The notes: generated by a model not told the origin, from the letters alone. Counted from the stretch's first letter, positions 17,982 to 26,849 are shown. The stretch is 64,000 nt of DNA from Desulfosoma sp. (GCA_037481835.1 JBBFKW010000010.1:64001-128000), one strand, 5' to 3'. Translations and numbers: made by a program.

Positions 17982-19379
17982 ATGAAACGGATCGCTTCCG
18001 CTCATGTTCTTGTGGTCGACGACGACCCGGCCCATCGCCTCATGCTCACCACACTCCTTTCAGACTGGGGGTATCGGGTCAAGGAAGCCGACGGGGGGGC
18101 CTCCGCCGTGAGCAAGGTTCAGGAAGAACCCTTGGATGCGGTGATCATGGACGTGCGCATGCCGGACATGGACGGCATCGAAGCCACACGGCGCATCCAC
18201 CAATACAACCCGGCCCTGCCGGTGATTATCCTCACGGCCTTTTCTTCCGTCCCGTCGGCCGTGGAAGCCCTCAAAGCCGGCGCCTACGACTACCTCACCA
18301 AACCTCTGGATTTCGATGCCCTGCGTCTGGCCTTGGACCGGGCTCTGGAGCACACCCACCTGCGCACGGAAAATCAAGAACTGCGCGAGCAACTGGCCCG
18401 GCTGCGCCTGCCGGAAATCATCGGCAAGAGCGCCGCCATGGAACGTCTCGTGGAATTGCTGGCTTTGGTGGCCCCCAGTGAAGCCACGGTGCTCATCACG
18501 GGGGAAAGCGGGACCGGCAAAGGTCTGGTGGCCCGAGCCATCCACGCCAACAGCCGGCGCAGCCGAGGGCCCCTCGTGGAAGTGAACTGCGCCGCCATTC
18601 CCGAAAACCTCATGGAAACCGAACTGTTCGGCCACGACAAAGGCGCCTTCACCGGAGCGGACAAGGCCCGCCGGGGACGCTTCGCCCAGGCCGACGGCGG
18701 CACGATTTTCCTCGACGAGGTGGGCGAGCTGTCCCTGCCCATGCAGGCTAAGCTCCTGAGGGTCCTCCAGGACGGGCAGATTCAGCGGGTGGGAAGCGAT
18801 GAGCCCATCAAGGTGGATGTGCGCATTCTGGCCGCCACCAACAAAGACCTGAAACGCATGACCGAAGAAGGCTCATTCCGCGAGGACCTTTTCTACCGGC
18901 TCAATGTGGTCGCCGTGGACGTGCCGCCCCTTCGCCAGCGCAAGGAAGACATCCCGCTGCTGGTGGATCATTTCCTGCGCACCTTCGCCGAAAAGAACAA
19001 AAGAACCGTTCGGGGGATCACCCCTCGGGCCATGGACCTGCTGCTCAAGTACGATTGGCCGGGCAACGTGCGGGAGCTGGAAAACGTCATGGAAAGGGCC
19101 GTCATCCTGCTCCGCGGCGAATACCTCACCGAGGCCGAATTGCCCCTGCACCTTCAAAGACCCGAACCGTCCGGCCCTTCGACGCCTGAAAGCGAAGCCT
19201 CACCGCATGACGCCGCCCTCCTTCCGTCGCTCACCCTGGCGGAAATGGAAAGACGCCTCATCGAAAAGGTGCTGGAAGAAACGGGCGGGAACAAGAGCGA
19301 AGCGGCCCGGCGCCTGGGCATCACCCGCCGAACACTCAAGCTCAAGCTGAAAAAGTACGCGGAAGAAGCCCCGCACTGA
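17982..19379 (+). CDS. Sigma54-dependent response regulator (NtrC/ZraR family)
   Basis: Receiver, Walker A 'GESGTGK', 'GAFTGA', 'FLDEVGE', 'WPGNVRELEN', Fis-type HTH. GGAGG precedes ATG 17982. Confidence 0.95.
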   Translation: MKRIASAHVLVVDDDPAHRLMLTTLLSDWGYRVKEADGGASAVSKVQEEPLDAVIMDVRMPDMDGIEATRRIHQYNPALPVIILTAFSSVPSAVEALKAGAYDYLTKPLDFDALRLALDRALEHTHLRTENQELREQLARLRLPEIIGKSAAMERLVELLALVAPSEATVLITGESGTGKGLVARAIHANSRRSRGPLVEVNCAAIPENLMETELFGHDKGAFTGADKARRGRFAQADGGTIFLDEVGELSLPMQAKLLRVLQDGQIQRVGSDEPIKVDVRILAATNKDLKRMTEEGSFREDLFYRLNVVAVDVPPLRQRKEDIPLLVDHFLRTFAEKNKRTVRGITPRAMDLLLKYDWPGNVRELENVMERAVILLRGEYLTEAELPLHLQRPEPSGPSTPESEASPHDAALLPSLTLAEMERRLIEKVLEETGGNKSEAARRLGITRRTLKLKLKKYAEEAPH

Positions 19380-19520
19380 GCGCCCCCCTTCACTTTCGCC
19401 CTTGATTTGCCCCCCAAAGATACGGTAAGCATTATTTGTATGAAGGGTTTCTCGAGGTATGATCCGGAAGGGCACGGCCCCCAGGCGCACACGATCCCAT
19501 GGGAAAAGGAGCCACGGCTC

Positions 19521-20011
19521 ATGATCACGCTGTCGACACGAAGCCGCTACGGAACCCGCTTCTTGATGTCTCTTGCGCGACACCGCGGCGAAAATTTGGT
19601 GCAAATCGCCGACATTGCCAGGGATCAGGGAATTTCGGCCAAGTACCTGGAGCAGATCGCCCTTGTCTTGAAAAAGGCGGGGATCGTCGAAACCGTGCGC
19701 GGCCGGGGGGCGGTCATCGCCTCGCCAAGGACCCGGAGGAGATCACGCTCGCTGAGGTGGTTTCCGTCCTTGAAGGAGGACGCGGCCTCGTCCGGTGCGT
19801 CAGCCAGCCGAGCCCCTGTACCCGGGCGCCCCGGTGCGCTCCTCGGCTGATTTGGCAGGAAATTTCCCAAACGATTTTCGACAAGCTGAGCTTGTATACC
19901 TTGGGGGACCTCCTCCGGCTGGAAGATAGGCTCATGACTGGAGTAAAGGAGCCTCAAGAAGAACAGCCTGCAACCTTCTACTGCCCTTCCTCGCCCTGGT
20001 CCGTCATGTAA
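19521..20011 (+). pseudogene. Rrf2-family transcriptional regulator split by a one-base frameshift in a G6 run
   Basis: The 5' frame gives 'STRSRYG...IADIARDQGISAKYLEQI...ETVRGRG'. The 3' frame continues 'GGHRLAKDPEEITLAEVV..LEG...C-x5-C-x5-C..IW'. One extra G at 19705-19710 would join them. Confidence 0.85.
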
Positions 20012-20123
20012 TGCAGCAAAAGCCGGTTTACCTTCTCGAACGGCACGGGCGGCCCCCGGCGTCGACAGCTGCGCCGGGGACCGCCGTCCGGACGGTCGGC
20101 CTTGGAGCTTGTCCGTGATGGGT

Positions 20124-20410
20124 GTGGGGGTTCGCTGCGCTCACCCCAACCTAGATCTCGCCAGCCGGTATCATAGGAAAATGCGTAGGTTGGGGTGAGC
20201 GAAGCGAACCCCAACATGCGTCTCGCCGGCCGGTATCATAAACAAACCCGTAGGTTGGGGTGAGCGAAGCGAACCCCAACACACATCTCGCCAGCCGACA
20301 TCATGAAAAAACCCGTAGGTTGGGGTGAGCGAAGCGAACCCCAACGTGCGTCTCGCCGGCCGGTATCATAAACAAACCCGTAGGTTGGGGTGAGTGAAGC
20401 GAACCCCAAC
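20124..20410. repeat. GTAG-type REP array: one inverted copy plus four direct copies at 65-bp period
   Basis: GTAGGTTGGGGTGAGCGAAGCGAACCCCAAC at 20185, 20250, 20315 and 20380 (last copy has one substitution); inverted variant at 20124-20154. The 34-nt linkers resemble each other. Confidence 0.9.
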
Positions 20411-20516
20411 GTGCTTTCGGCCCGGCGAGACAACCAAGCATGAGAGTCCGCCCTTCTAAGACCCTGAGCTCGACTCTCATGCACACATCCCTAATGGACC
20501 CTTGTCGGCCACGGTC

Positions 20517-20816
20517 CTAGTAGGCGCTCAGGAACTCATCGAGGACATCCACGCTCTTTCTTTCCACCACGACGTCGAAGATCTTGTCCTTCACCTGCCT
20601 CGGTAACAACTCAATGCTCTTGGTGGTCGCCGAATCGAACTTGGCGGTGGGAAACACCTTGAGGATCTTGTCTCTTTGCGCAGCGTTGGCATAGACCCGG
20701 ATCACCTTCATCCCAGCCAGCATTTCCTCGCACATGTGGGCCAAACCCGCTTCTTTGAGCTTCTCGTAGCGTTCTTCGTTGACCCAAATGTTAATGGGGT
20801 ATTTTTCCTCGGCCAT
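20517..20816 (-). CDS. Small protein (99 aa) downstream of sat
   Basis: GGAGG RBS; ATG is 14 bp after the sat stop. Resembles, from memory and unverified, the DUF6955-type proteins found beside sat in sulfate reducers. Confidence 0.8.
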   Translation of the reverse strand: MAEEKYPINIWVNEERYEKLKEAGLAHMCEEMLAGMKVIRVYANAAQRDKILKVFPTAKFDSATTKSIELLPRQVKDKIFDVVVERKSVDVLDEFLSAY

Positions 20817-20830
20817 GACCTCACCTCCTG

Positions 20831-22090
20831 TCAGCCCGCCAAAGGCGGAATGGTGAAAACGGGCGTCCTCTTTGCCAGGTATTCGTCGGTGACGAACGGG
20901 GATCCGAAGCCGTATTTTTCGGCGCATTCCATGACCAGATCGAAAACTTCCGGCCGGAAGATGAGCCGAGGCGGCTTGACACCGTCTTCGACGATGCTGC
21001 GGATCAGGGTGCCGCTGAACTTTTGCCATTCGCTCTTGTGGTTGCACAGCCCCTCACTGGTAATTTCCCCGCAATGCGGGCAATAGAGCCAGTTCATGGA
21101 ATAGACAGGGGTGATGTTCAGTTCGTCCTGCACCGTGGCCAGCAGGTGATGGGCGTCATACGGCCCGTAATAGGTTCCGACGCCCGCATGATCTCGGCCG
21201 TACATGTGGTGAGTCAGCCCCAAGTTGGTGCGCAGGGCGGCATGGAAGACGGCTTCCTTGGGCCCGGCATAGCGCATGTCCCAAAACGTCAAGGACGTCA
21301 TGTGGTTGTGATCGCCGAAGTAGCCTGATTTGCGCAGTTCGTCTTGGGTCAAGATGATGGCTTCGTCGATGTAGTCCCCTTTGCGCTTTTCGCCGATGAT
21401 GGCGTTCACCAGCACGCCCACCAAAGGCTTTTCGATGGGCAGTTCCGCGTAGGTCTGGAACCACGCCCCTTTCATGAGCCATTCATGCCCCGTGTGGGGG
21501 ACGTTGCGGGTCTGATGGGCCACAATGCGCTGCCAGCCCTTTTCTCGGAACCGCTTGCGCATCTCCAAGGGGGGGATGAAGTACGGGTCGAACGGGGGGT
21601 TGATCTTGGGCGGCGTGACCAGGGTGATGTCTCCGCCCAGAAATTTATCCTTGTAGGCATACGTCCGCGCGCATCCCGGATGCTTGCTTTCCGCCGTCCC
21701 GAAAATGGACTGGCACATGGCTTCCTTGTCGTAGGTGTAGATTTCCCGGATTTCGAAAATGGCCATGGGGTTGTCATGGTAGGTGAGGCAAATGGTATCG
21801 CCTTCCTTAATGCCGTAGTCGGAAAGCTCCTGGTCGGACATGTCGAACAGGATGGGAATGCTCCATACGGTCCCATCCTTCAGCCGCATCTTCTTCACCA
21901 CCGAATCCAGGTCTTCCTTGCCCATGAAACCCGTCAGAGGGCAAAAGAAGCCGTAGGCGATCCCAATGACTTCGTTGGCGATCTGACTCCGGACCGGCAC
22001 TTGTTTCAGTCCCCGCACCTTGGCGGGAGCCTCCTTGGGGTCCAGAATCCGTTCCACAATCTCTTTTCCGCCGTGCCCGATTTCAGCCAT
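20831..22090 (-). CDS. sat: Sulfate adenylyltransferase (ATP sulfurylase), dissimilatory type
   Basis: 'HQTRNVPHTGHE', 'GEKRKGD', 'MRYAGPKEAVFHA', 'GRDHAGVG', Zn-site-like 'CPHC-x8-CNH', 'SGTLIR', 'RPEV'. Confidence 0.95.
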   Translation of the reverse strand: MAEIGHGGKEIVERILDPKEAPAKVRGLKQVPVRSQIANEVIGIAYGFFCPLTGFMGKEDLDSVVKKMRLKDGTVWSIPILFDMSDQELSDYGIKEGDTICLTYHDNPMAIFEIREIYTYDKEAMCQSIFGTAESKHPGCARTYAYKDKFLGGDITLVTPPKINPPFDPYFIPPLEMRKRFREKGWQRIVAHQTRNVPHTGHEWLMKGAWFQTYAELPIEKPLVGVLVNAIIGEKRKGDYIDEAIILTQDELRKSGYFGDHNHMTSLTFWDMRYAGPKEAVFHAALRTNLGLTHHMYGRDHAGVGTYYGPYDAHHLLATVQDELNITPVYSMNWLYCPHCGEITSEGLCNHKSEWQKFSGTLIRSIVEDGVKPPRLIFRPEVFDLVMECAEKYGFGSPFVTDEYLAKRTPVFTIPPLAG

Positions 22091-22541
22091 GATGCACCTC
22101 TCCTGTCTCGCCGTCCCGTCACTTGTGCCTTGCCTGGAGCAGGCAGGTCCTCCAGCCTGAGAAATCTTCTCGCCCATCACCCCCTTTCCCGGACAATGTG
22201 CCGTCGCCGCGCGCGGCGAGCGGGTCGCTTTGGCCCAGATGCGGGCCTTTGGGCTCTATGGGCCTAGGGCATGATCCCCACGGGCCCCTGGCTGGCTTCC
22301 CGGAAGCGTGCATGAGGGCACCGCGGCCGCACAAGAGACTCGACAAAGAAATCGAACACAGGCATACATAAACGGACGTGGAATTCTCGCTCAGGAGGTG
22401 CCCTCACACCCCCTGGATTCCAGCTTGGTATCATTTTAGTTCTTTTTTTCTCAAATGGTCAACGGCCAAGAACGAGGTTTCTTTCTCAGGGACGACACCT
22501 CAGGCTGGGCGCGGCGGCAAAGGGCGGAAAGGAGGGAGATC

Positions 22542-22964
22542 ATGTTTTTGAAGAAGGTGGACATCTTCGAAGGGCTGAGCGCGGACGTTCTGGAACGGAT
22601 TGAAGCCATGGCCGTGGAAGAACAGGTTCCCGAGGGCCATATCCTTTTTCGAGCGGGGGAACCGGCCGCGTTCCTGTACGTCCTTAAAGACGGTCAGGTG
22701 GCGCTGACCACGGGCGGGGCGGCCCCCATCACATTTCCCATCGGTGAGCCCGGGGCCGTTTTCGGCTGGTCGGCTCTCGTGGAACCCCGCACCTACACGG
22801 CCACCTCGGAAAGCACCATGCCCACTACGGTCCTCAAGCTGGACGGCATGGCTCTGCTGCAGCTTTTTGAAGAACATCCCAAGGACGGCTTGCTGGCACT
22901 GCGCCGGCTGGCCCGGGTGATGGCTTCACGCCTGAAGGCCAGTTACGAGCGCTTCGCCCGATGA
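22542..22964 (+). CDS. Stand-alone cyclic-nucleotide-binding domain protein
   Basis: 'LFRAGE..LYVLKDGQV...PGAVFGWSALV...YTAT'; no HTH. GGAGG precedes ATG 22542. Confidence 0.85.
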   Translation: MFLKKVDIFEGLSADVLERIEAMAVEEQVPEGHILFRAGEPAAFLYVLKDGQVALTTGGAAPITFPIGEPGAVFGWSALVEPRTYTATSESTMPTTVLKLDGMALLQLFEEHPKDGLLALRRLARVMASRLKASYERFAR

Positions 22965-22965
22965 T

Positions 22966-23913
22966 TCAATCGCAGGCGTTGACGGTGCAGCTCCCGCCCG
23001 GCTCACCGGGAAGGAGCAGGGGGTGGGCCTCGGGAGCCTCGAAGGGATCCCGCAAGACGCTCAGGAGGTAGGGGGAAACATCGGAACCCGTTACAATCCG
23101 CCCTCCATGAACGATGAACGGCACGTAAGGAAGCCCCCGTTTCATGCAGAAAGCGTTGTTGGCCCGGACCACGGTCAGCGTGGACAGCAGGCACCGAGCT
23201 CGATCTTTCAAGCCCGTGCAGGTACGACAATGGTCTCGGACCAACGCCCACACGGAAGTGAGGCTCCAGGCCTCGGGGCACAGGCGGACCCGATTGTTCG
23301 CTTCCATTTTTTCGAGCAATTCCAAAACACTGTGGCAGTGCCGGCAGGTGGGTTCGAAGAAAAGGTACAGCGTTTGGTCGTCAGCGCTTACTTGGGAAAA
23401 GGGCGACTCGCTGCAGGCGCACACCGCTCGACTGAGCGGGACGAAGGTCACGGCGGCGCACAGGGTGGCTCCGGCCATGGCCCATGCCGTTTTTTTCGCC
23501 AACGGCCCCATGAGGAACCCGGCCAGGATGACGAAGAGAAGGAATAGGGCCGTGTAGCCCAAACACGCCGGGCAGTAGAGGTTCAGGAGGACCTGGGTGA
23601 GCACCAGAGCGCTTTCCACGGCCATGCCGACAAGGATGATTGCCCCTAGGAAGGTGGGCCGAAAGCGGAAGGCACCGAGGAGCATCAGGGCGTAAGCCGC
23701 CCCGGCCCACCACAGGGCCGGTTTTTGCAGGGCACGGCATCCCAGAGACTCGCACAGAACCTGCCCCGATCCGAGGGCGTTGATGAGGCTGTAGAGGAGC
23801 ATGACGAAGCCCACGGCATAGACGGCGGTCTGTCTCTTGCGCATAACGAGGAACACTCCCGCGATAAGGTTATGGGCGTCTGAGAGGTGGCGCTCTCGCA
23901 AGGATGTTGTCAT
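22966..23913 (-). CDS. VKOR-like membrane domain fused to a thioredoxin-fold domain
   Basis: Loop cysteines 'CESLGC', TM 'YCPACL', then 'YLFFEPTCRHC' and cis-Pro-like 'YVP'. Start uncertain (23913 or the later ATG of MRKRQ). Confidence 0.65.
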   Translation of the reverse strand: MTTSLRERHLSDAHNLIAGVFLVMRKRQTAVYAVGFVMLLYSLINALGSGQVLCESLGCRALQKPALWWAGAAYALMLLGAFRFRPTFLGAIILVGMAVESALVLTQVLLNLYCPACLGYTALFLLFVILAGFLMGPLAKKTAWAMAGATLCAAVTFVPLSRAVCACSESPFSQVSADDQTLYLFFEPTCRHCHSVLELLEKMEANNRVRLCPEAWSLTSVWALVRDHCRTCTGLKDRARCLLSTLTVVRANNAFCMKRGLPYVPFIVHGGRIVTGSDVSPYLLSVLRDPFEAPEAHPLLLPGEPGGSCTVNACD

Positions 23914-24027
23914 CTCAAGGCGTTTATGTCAATCATGCAGCCGCCGAAGGCGCACCGGCGTTATGGAAGTCGGATCTTGGGCCCCAGAACTTAAATCGAG
24001 CGAAAAGCTTAAGGAAGGGAGGTCCTT

Positions 24028-24711
24028 ATGAGCGTCACGGTCACCTGGTACAGCCATGCGTGCATTCTCATCGAAACGCAGGGGACACATCTCTTGGTCG
24101 ATCCGTTTTTGACGGGAAACCCTTTGGCCACCGTGAGCGCGGACGAGGTGCCCGCCGACTACATTTTCGTCTCCCACGGCCATGGCGATCATTTGGGAGA
24201 CACGGTGTCCATCGCCAAGCGCACCGGAGCCACGGTGATTTCCAACTTTGAAATCGCCAACTGGCTGTCGGCCCAGGGGCTGACAAAGCTCCATCCCCAT
24301 CACATCGGCGGCGGATCCAACCACCCGTGGGGGCGGGTGAAACTGACCATCGCCCATCACGGATCGGCCTTGCCCGATGGATCCTACGGCGGCAATCCCT
24401 GCGGGTTTCTTTTCAGCGTAGGCGGTGTCAAGATTTATCATGCGTGCGATACCGGTCTTTTCTACGATATGGCCCTCATCGGCGAAGAAGGGGTCGACCT
24501 GGCGATCCTGCCCATCGGGGACAATTTCACCATGGGGCCTGACGACGCCCTGCGTTCGGTCAAGCTCATCAAACCCGCCAAGGTGTTGCCCATTCACTAC
24601 GATACGTTCGACATCATCCGTCAAGATCCCACCGTGTGGAAGGAACGGGTGGAAAAAGAGACGTCCACGCATGTGGTACTCTTGAAACCAGGAGAAAGCG
24701 TGGTCCTTTAA
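24028..24711 (+). CDS. Metal-dependent hydrolase, MBL fold (UPF0173-like)
   Basis: 'VDPFLTGNP', 'SHGHGDHLGD', 'YHACDT', 'LPIGDNFTMG', 'PIHYDTF'. Confidence 0.92.
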   Translation: MSVTVTWYSHACILIETQGTHLLVDPFLTGNPLATVSADEVPADYIFVSHGHGDHLGDTVSIAKRTGATVISNFEIANWLSAQGLTKLHPHHIGGGSNHPWGRVKLTIAHHGSALPDGSYGGNPCGFLFSVGGVKIYHACDTGLFYDMALIGEEGVDLAILPIGDNFTMGPDDALRSVKLIKPAKVLPIHYDTFDIIRQDPTVWKERVEKETSTHVVLLKPGESVVL

Positions 24712-24887
24712 TCCGGCCTTTCAATGTGTTTGACACGGGCGCGAAGGTGTGTCATGGTCGGCCCACATCCTGGCATACCCCAGGTCGCCAGGGAACCGTC
24801 TTCGGCACGCCTTGAAGATCGCGCCCGCCACGCATGGTTCTCCTCGATCCGTCCGGCTCGCGCCGGGTTTTCCGGGATGCGCAGAAG

Positions 24888-24968
24888 CGTCACCGAGGCG
24901 TTCGGTGATGGGCCGGTCCTTCGTTCTCGTGGTTGGAAACGACCGGCCCTCCATTTCATGAAACCACG
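24888..24968 (+). promoter_or_regulatory. Candidate structured 5' leader (two stems plus pseudoknot) of the RRM gene
   Basis: Stem 24888-96/24902-10; stem 24911-18/24941-48; loop CGTGGTT (24928-34) is complementary to AACCACG (24962-68), just before the RBS. Confidence 0.5.
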
Positions 24969-24984
24969 CGCAAAGGACAAAAGC

Positions 24985-25257
24985 ATGAATCTTTACGTCG
25001 GGAATCTCGCCTACAGTGTCACGGAAGATGATTTGCGGGCTGCCTTCGCCAAGTACGGCGAAGTGAGCAGCGTCAATATCATCATCGATCGACACACCGG
25101 ACAATCCAAGGGGTTCGGCTTTGTGGAAATGCCGCTGAACGCCGACGCCGACAAGGCCATCAAGGGCCTGAACGGCGCGGACCTCAAGGGGCGCACCCTC
25201 AAAGTCAACCAAGCGAAGCCGCGGCCCAGCCGCCCTTCCCGCGGACCGCGCTATTAG
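24985..25257 (+). CDS. RRM-domain RNA-binding protein
   Basis: RNP2 'LYVGNL', RNP1 'KGFGFVEM', 'LKVNQAKPR'. AAGGA RBS. Confidence 0.95.
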   Translation: MNLYVGNLAYSVTEDDLRAAFAKYGEVSSVNIIIDRHTGQSKGFGFVEMPLNADADKAIKGLNGADLKGRTLKVNQAKPRPSRPSRGPRY

Positions 25258-25286
25258 GAGGCGAACGGTTCCCCAAGGATCCTGAG

Positions 25287-25319
25287 AACGCCTCGGTGTG
25301 GCCACACCGAGGCGTTTTT
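25287..25319 (+). terminator. Intrinsic terminator between convergent genes
   Basis: Perfect 30-bp palindrome AACGCCTCGGTGTGGCCACACCGAGGCGTT followed by TTT, 29 bp after the RRM stop. Confidence 0.8.
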
Positions 25320-26544
25320 ATTGGGGGCCCGTGTTGTCCAGGACCCATCGCTCGATGCGGTCCATGGCCTCATCCAGCTCTTCTTCCGTTCCCCCGAAGC
25401 TCAACCGCACATGCCCCTCCCCTCCCGGCCCGAAGGCGTTTCCCGGAATCGTGATGACCTTCGCCTCATGGAGCAGGCGCAGGGCGACGGTCATGGAATC
25501 GCCGGCCTGCGGCGGGGTCTTGACCATGACGTAATAGGCGCCCTGGGGTCGGATGTAGGAAAGGTACGGCGCCATGCGGTCCAGGCGCGAACAGACACGA
25601 TCCCGCCGGGACTGGAGGGTGTCGCGGAAATGCGCCACGCACTCCTGAGGGCCTTCCAGGGCGGCCAGGGCTGCCACCTGGGACGGGGTCGGGGCGCAAA
25701 TGGCGGCGGCATCATGCACCTTCATCACATGATCCAGAATGTCCCGGTCGGCCGTCACCGCGCCGACCCGCCATCCCGTCATGGCGTACTTTTTCGAAAA
25801 GCTGAAAATACCGATGACCTGGCGTCGCAGCTCGGGAACGGAAAGCACACTGAAGTAAGGAAGACCGTCGTAGGTGAGGAAATCGTAGGTTTCGTCGCAG
25901 ATGATGAAAAAGCCGTGTTTCAGGGCTAGTTCGGCCACCTCGCGCAGGACGTCCTCCGGGAAAACGGCTCCGGTGGGGTTGTGCGGGTGACACAGCACGA
26001 GGGCCTTTGTGCGCGGCGAAATCCTTTCGCCAAGGGCCGCCGGGTCCAATTGCCAGTCCTTCGGCTTCAAAGGGAAAAACACCGGTACGCCTTCGGCAAG
26101 GAGCACCTGTTCGATATGGGACGCGTAATTGGGCGAAGGCACGAGGACCTCGTCGCCGGGATCCACCAGCGTGAGCATGGCCGCGCACAGCCCTTCCATT
26201 GCCCCCACGGTGATGCAGACCTCGGTTTCGGGATCCACGTCAAGACCCCGTTCCCGATGCAGCGCGGCCGCAAAGGCCTGGCGCAGGGCGGGAAGTCCCG
26301 GCCCCAGCGTGTATTTTCCCGCCCAGGACTCATCCCGAAGGTGGCGGCACACCGCCTCCACGATGTGGTCGGGGGTGCGAAACGACGGAATCCCCTGCCC
26401 CAAGGAGACACACCCGGGAACGTTCTGGGCCAAAAGGGGCATTTCTTTGATGGCGGAGACGGCGATCCCGCGGACTCTTCGGCTGATGCCCTCCTCTCGG
26501 TATCGTTTCCCCGCTGCCTCAAGCGCCGATCTCTTCAAAACCAC
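25318..26544 (-). CDS. PLP-dependent aminotransferase class I/II
   Basis: 'SLGQGIPSF', 'PHNPTG', 'DETYD', 'SFSKKYAMTGWRVG', 'IPGNAFG..GEGHVRLSF'. Confidence 0.93.
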   Translation of the reverse strand: MVLKRSALEAAGKRYREEGISRRVRGIAVSAIKEMPLLAQNVPGCVSLGQGIPSFRTPDHIVEAVCRHLRDESWAGKYTLGPGLPALRQAFAAALHRERGLDVDPETEVCITVGAMEGLCAAMLTLVDPGDEVLVPSPNYASHIEQVLLAEGVPVFFPLKPKDWQLDPAALGERISPRTKALVLCHPHNPTGAVFPEDVLREVAELALKHGFFIICDETYDFLTYDGLPYFSVLSVPELRRQVIGIFSFSKKYAMTGWRVGAVTADRDILDHVMKVHDAAAICAPTPSQVAALAALEGPQECVAHFRDTLQSRRDRVCSRLDRMAPYLSYIRPQGAYYVMVKTPPQAGDSMTVALRLLHEAKVITIPGNAFGPGGEGHVRLSFGGTEEELDEAMDRIERWVLDNTGPQ

Positions 26545-26658
26545 GTATTGGACCCCTCCGTTTCTCTTTTTCCGAAGCCCTCCATTGCCCCCCTAACGGT
26601 CATGGCGAGGCTCGCCACGCCGCATCGATGAAAGATGTCGACAAGCGAGGGTTTTCCC

Positions 26659-26710
26659 TGTAGGAGCCGGCTCCCCGGCGATGCGGATCGCTGCCGAGGC
26701 CGCTCCTACA
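26659..26710. repeat. Second GTAG-type REP family, inverted doublet
   Basis: TGTAGGAGCCGGCTCCCCGGCGAT-gcgg-ATCGCTGCCGAGGCCGCTCCTACA, with GTAG/CTAC at the outer ends. Confidence 0.65.
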
Positions 26711-26849
26711 AGACTCCGAGAGCGCCATTCTTTTACATTGACCCCCATGGCGGGCCGCCCGTGACAACGAAGAATGAAAGTCTTGTAGTTACGGTATGTT
26801 ACAGAGACTTTCATGTAAAAGATTCTCGGACAAGCTCCAGGGGTTCGAG

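Noticed and set aside
20048..20085. GC-rich hairpin after Rrf2 as an intrinsic terminator
   Set aside because: The stem is real but has no U-tract on either strand, so the call is unsupported.
20185..20410. CRISPR array (31-nt repeats, 34-nt spacers)
   Set aside because: Spacers are homologous to each other, the unit also occurs as dispersed singlets and inverted pairs with a GTAG foot, and no cas genes or leader are present.
19978..20486. Short ORFs across the REP array, also those at 26593-27113 and 52449-53155
   Set aside because: Translations of repeat DNA ('WGSLRSPQP', 'GFASLTPTY'); no RBS or family support.
22091..22541. Rex operator upstream of sat
   Set aside because: The best palindrome seen (GAGAA-ATC-TTCTC near 22159-22171) has the wrong spacing and bases for TTGTGAA-N4-TTCACAA.
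23330..23350. c-type heme motif CRHCH in the 22966-23913 protein
   Set aside because: Context 'YLFFEPTCRHC' is a thioredoxin-fold active site; the following His is probably incidental.
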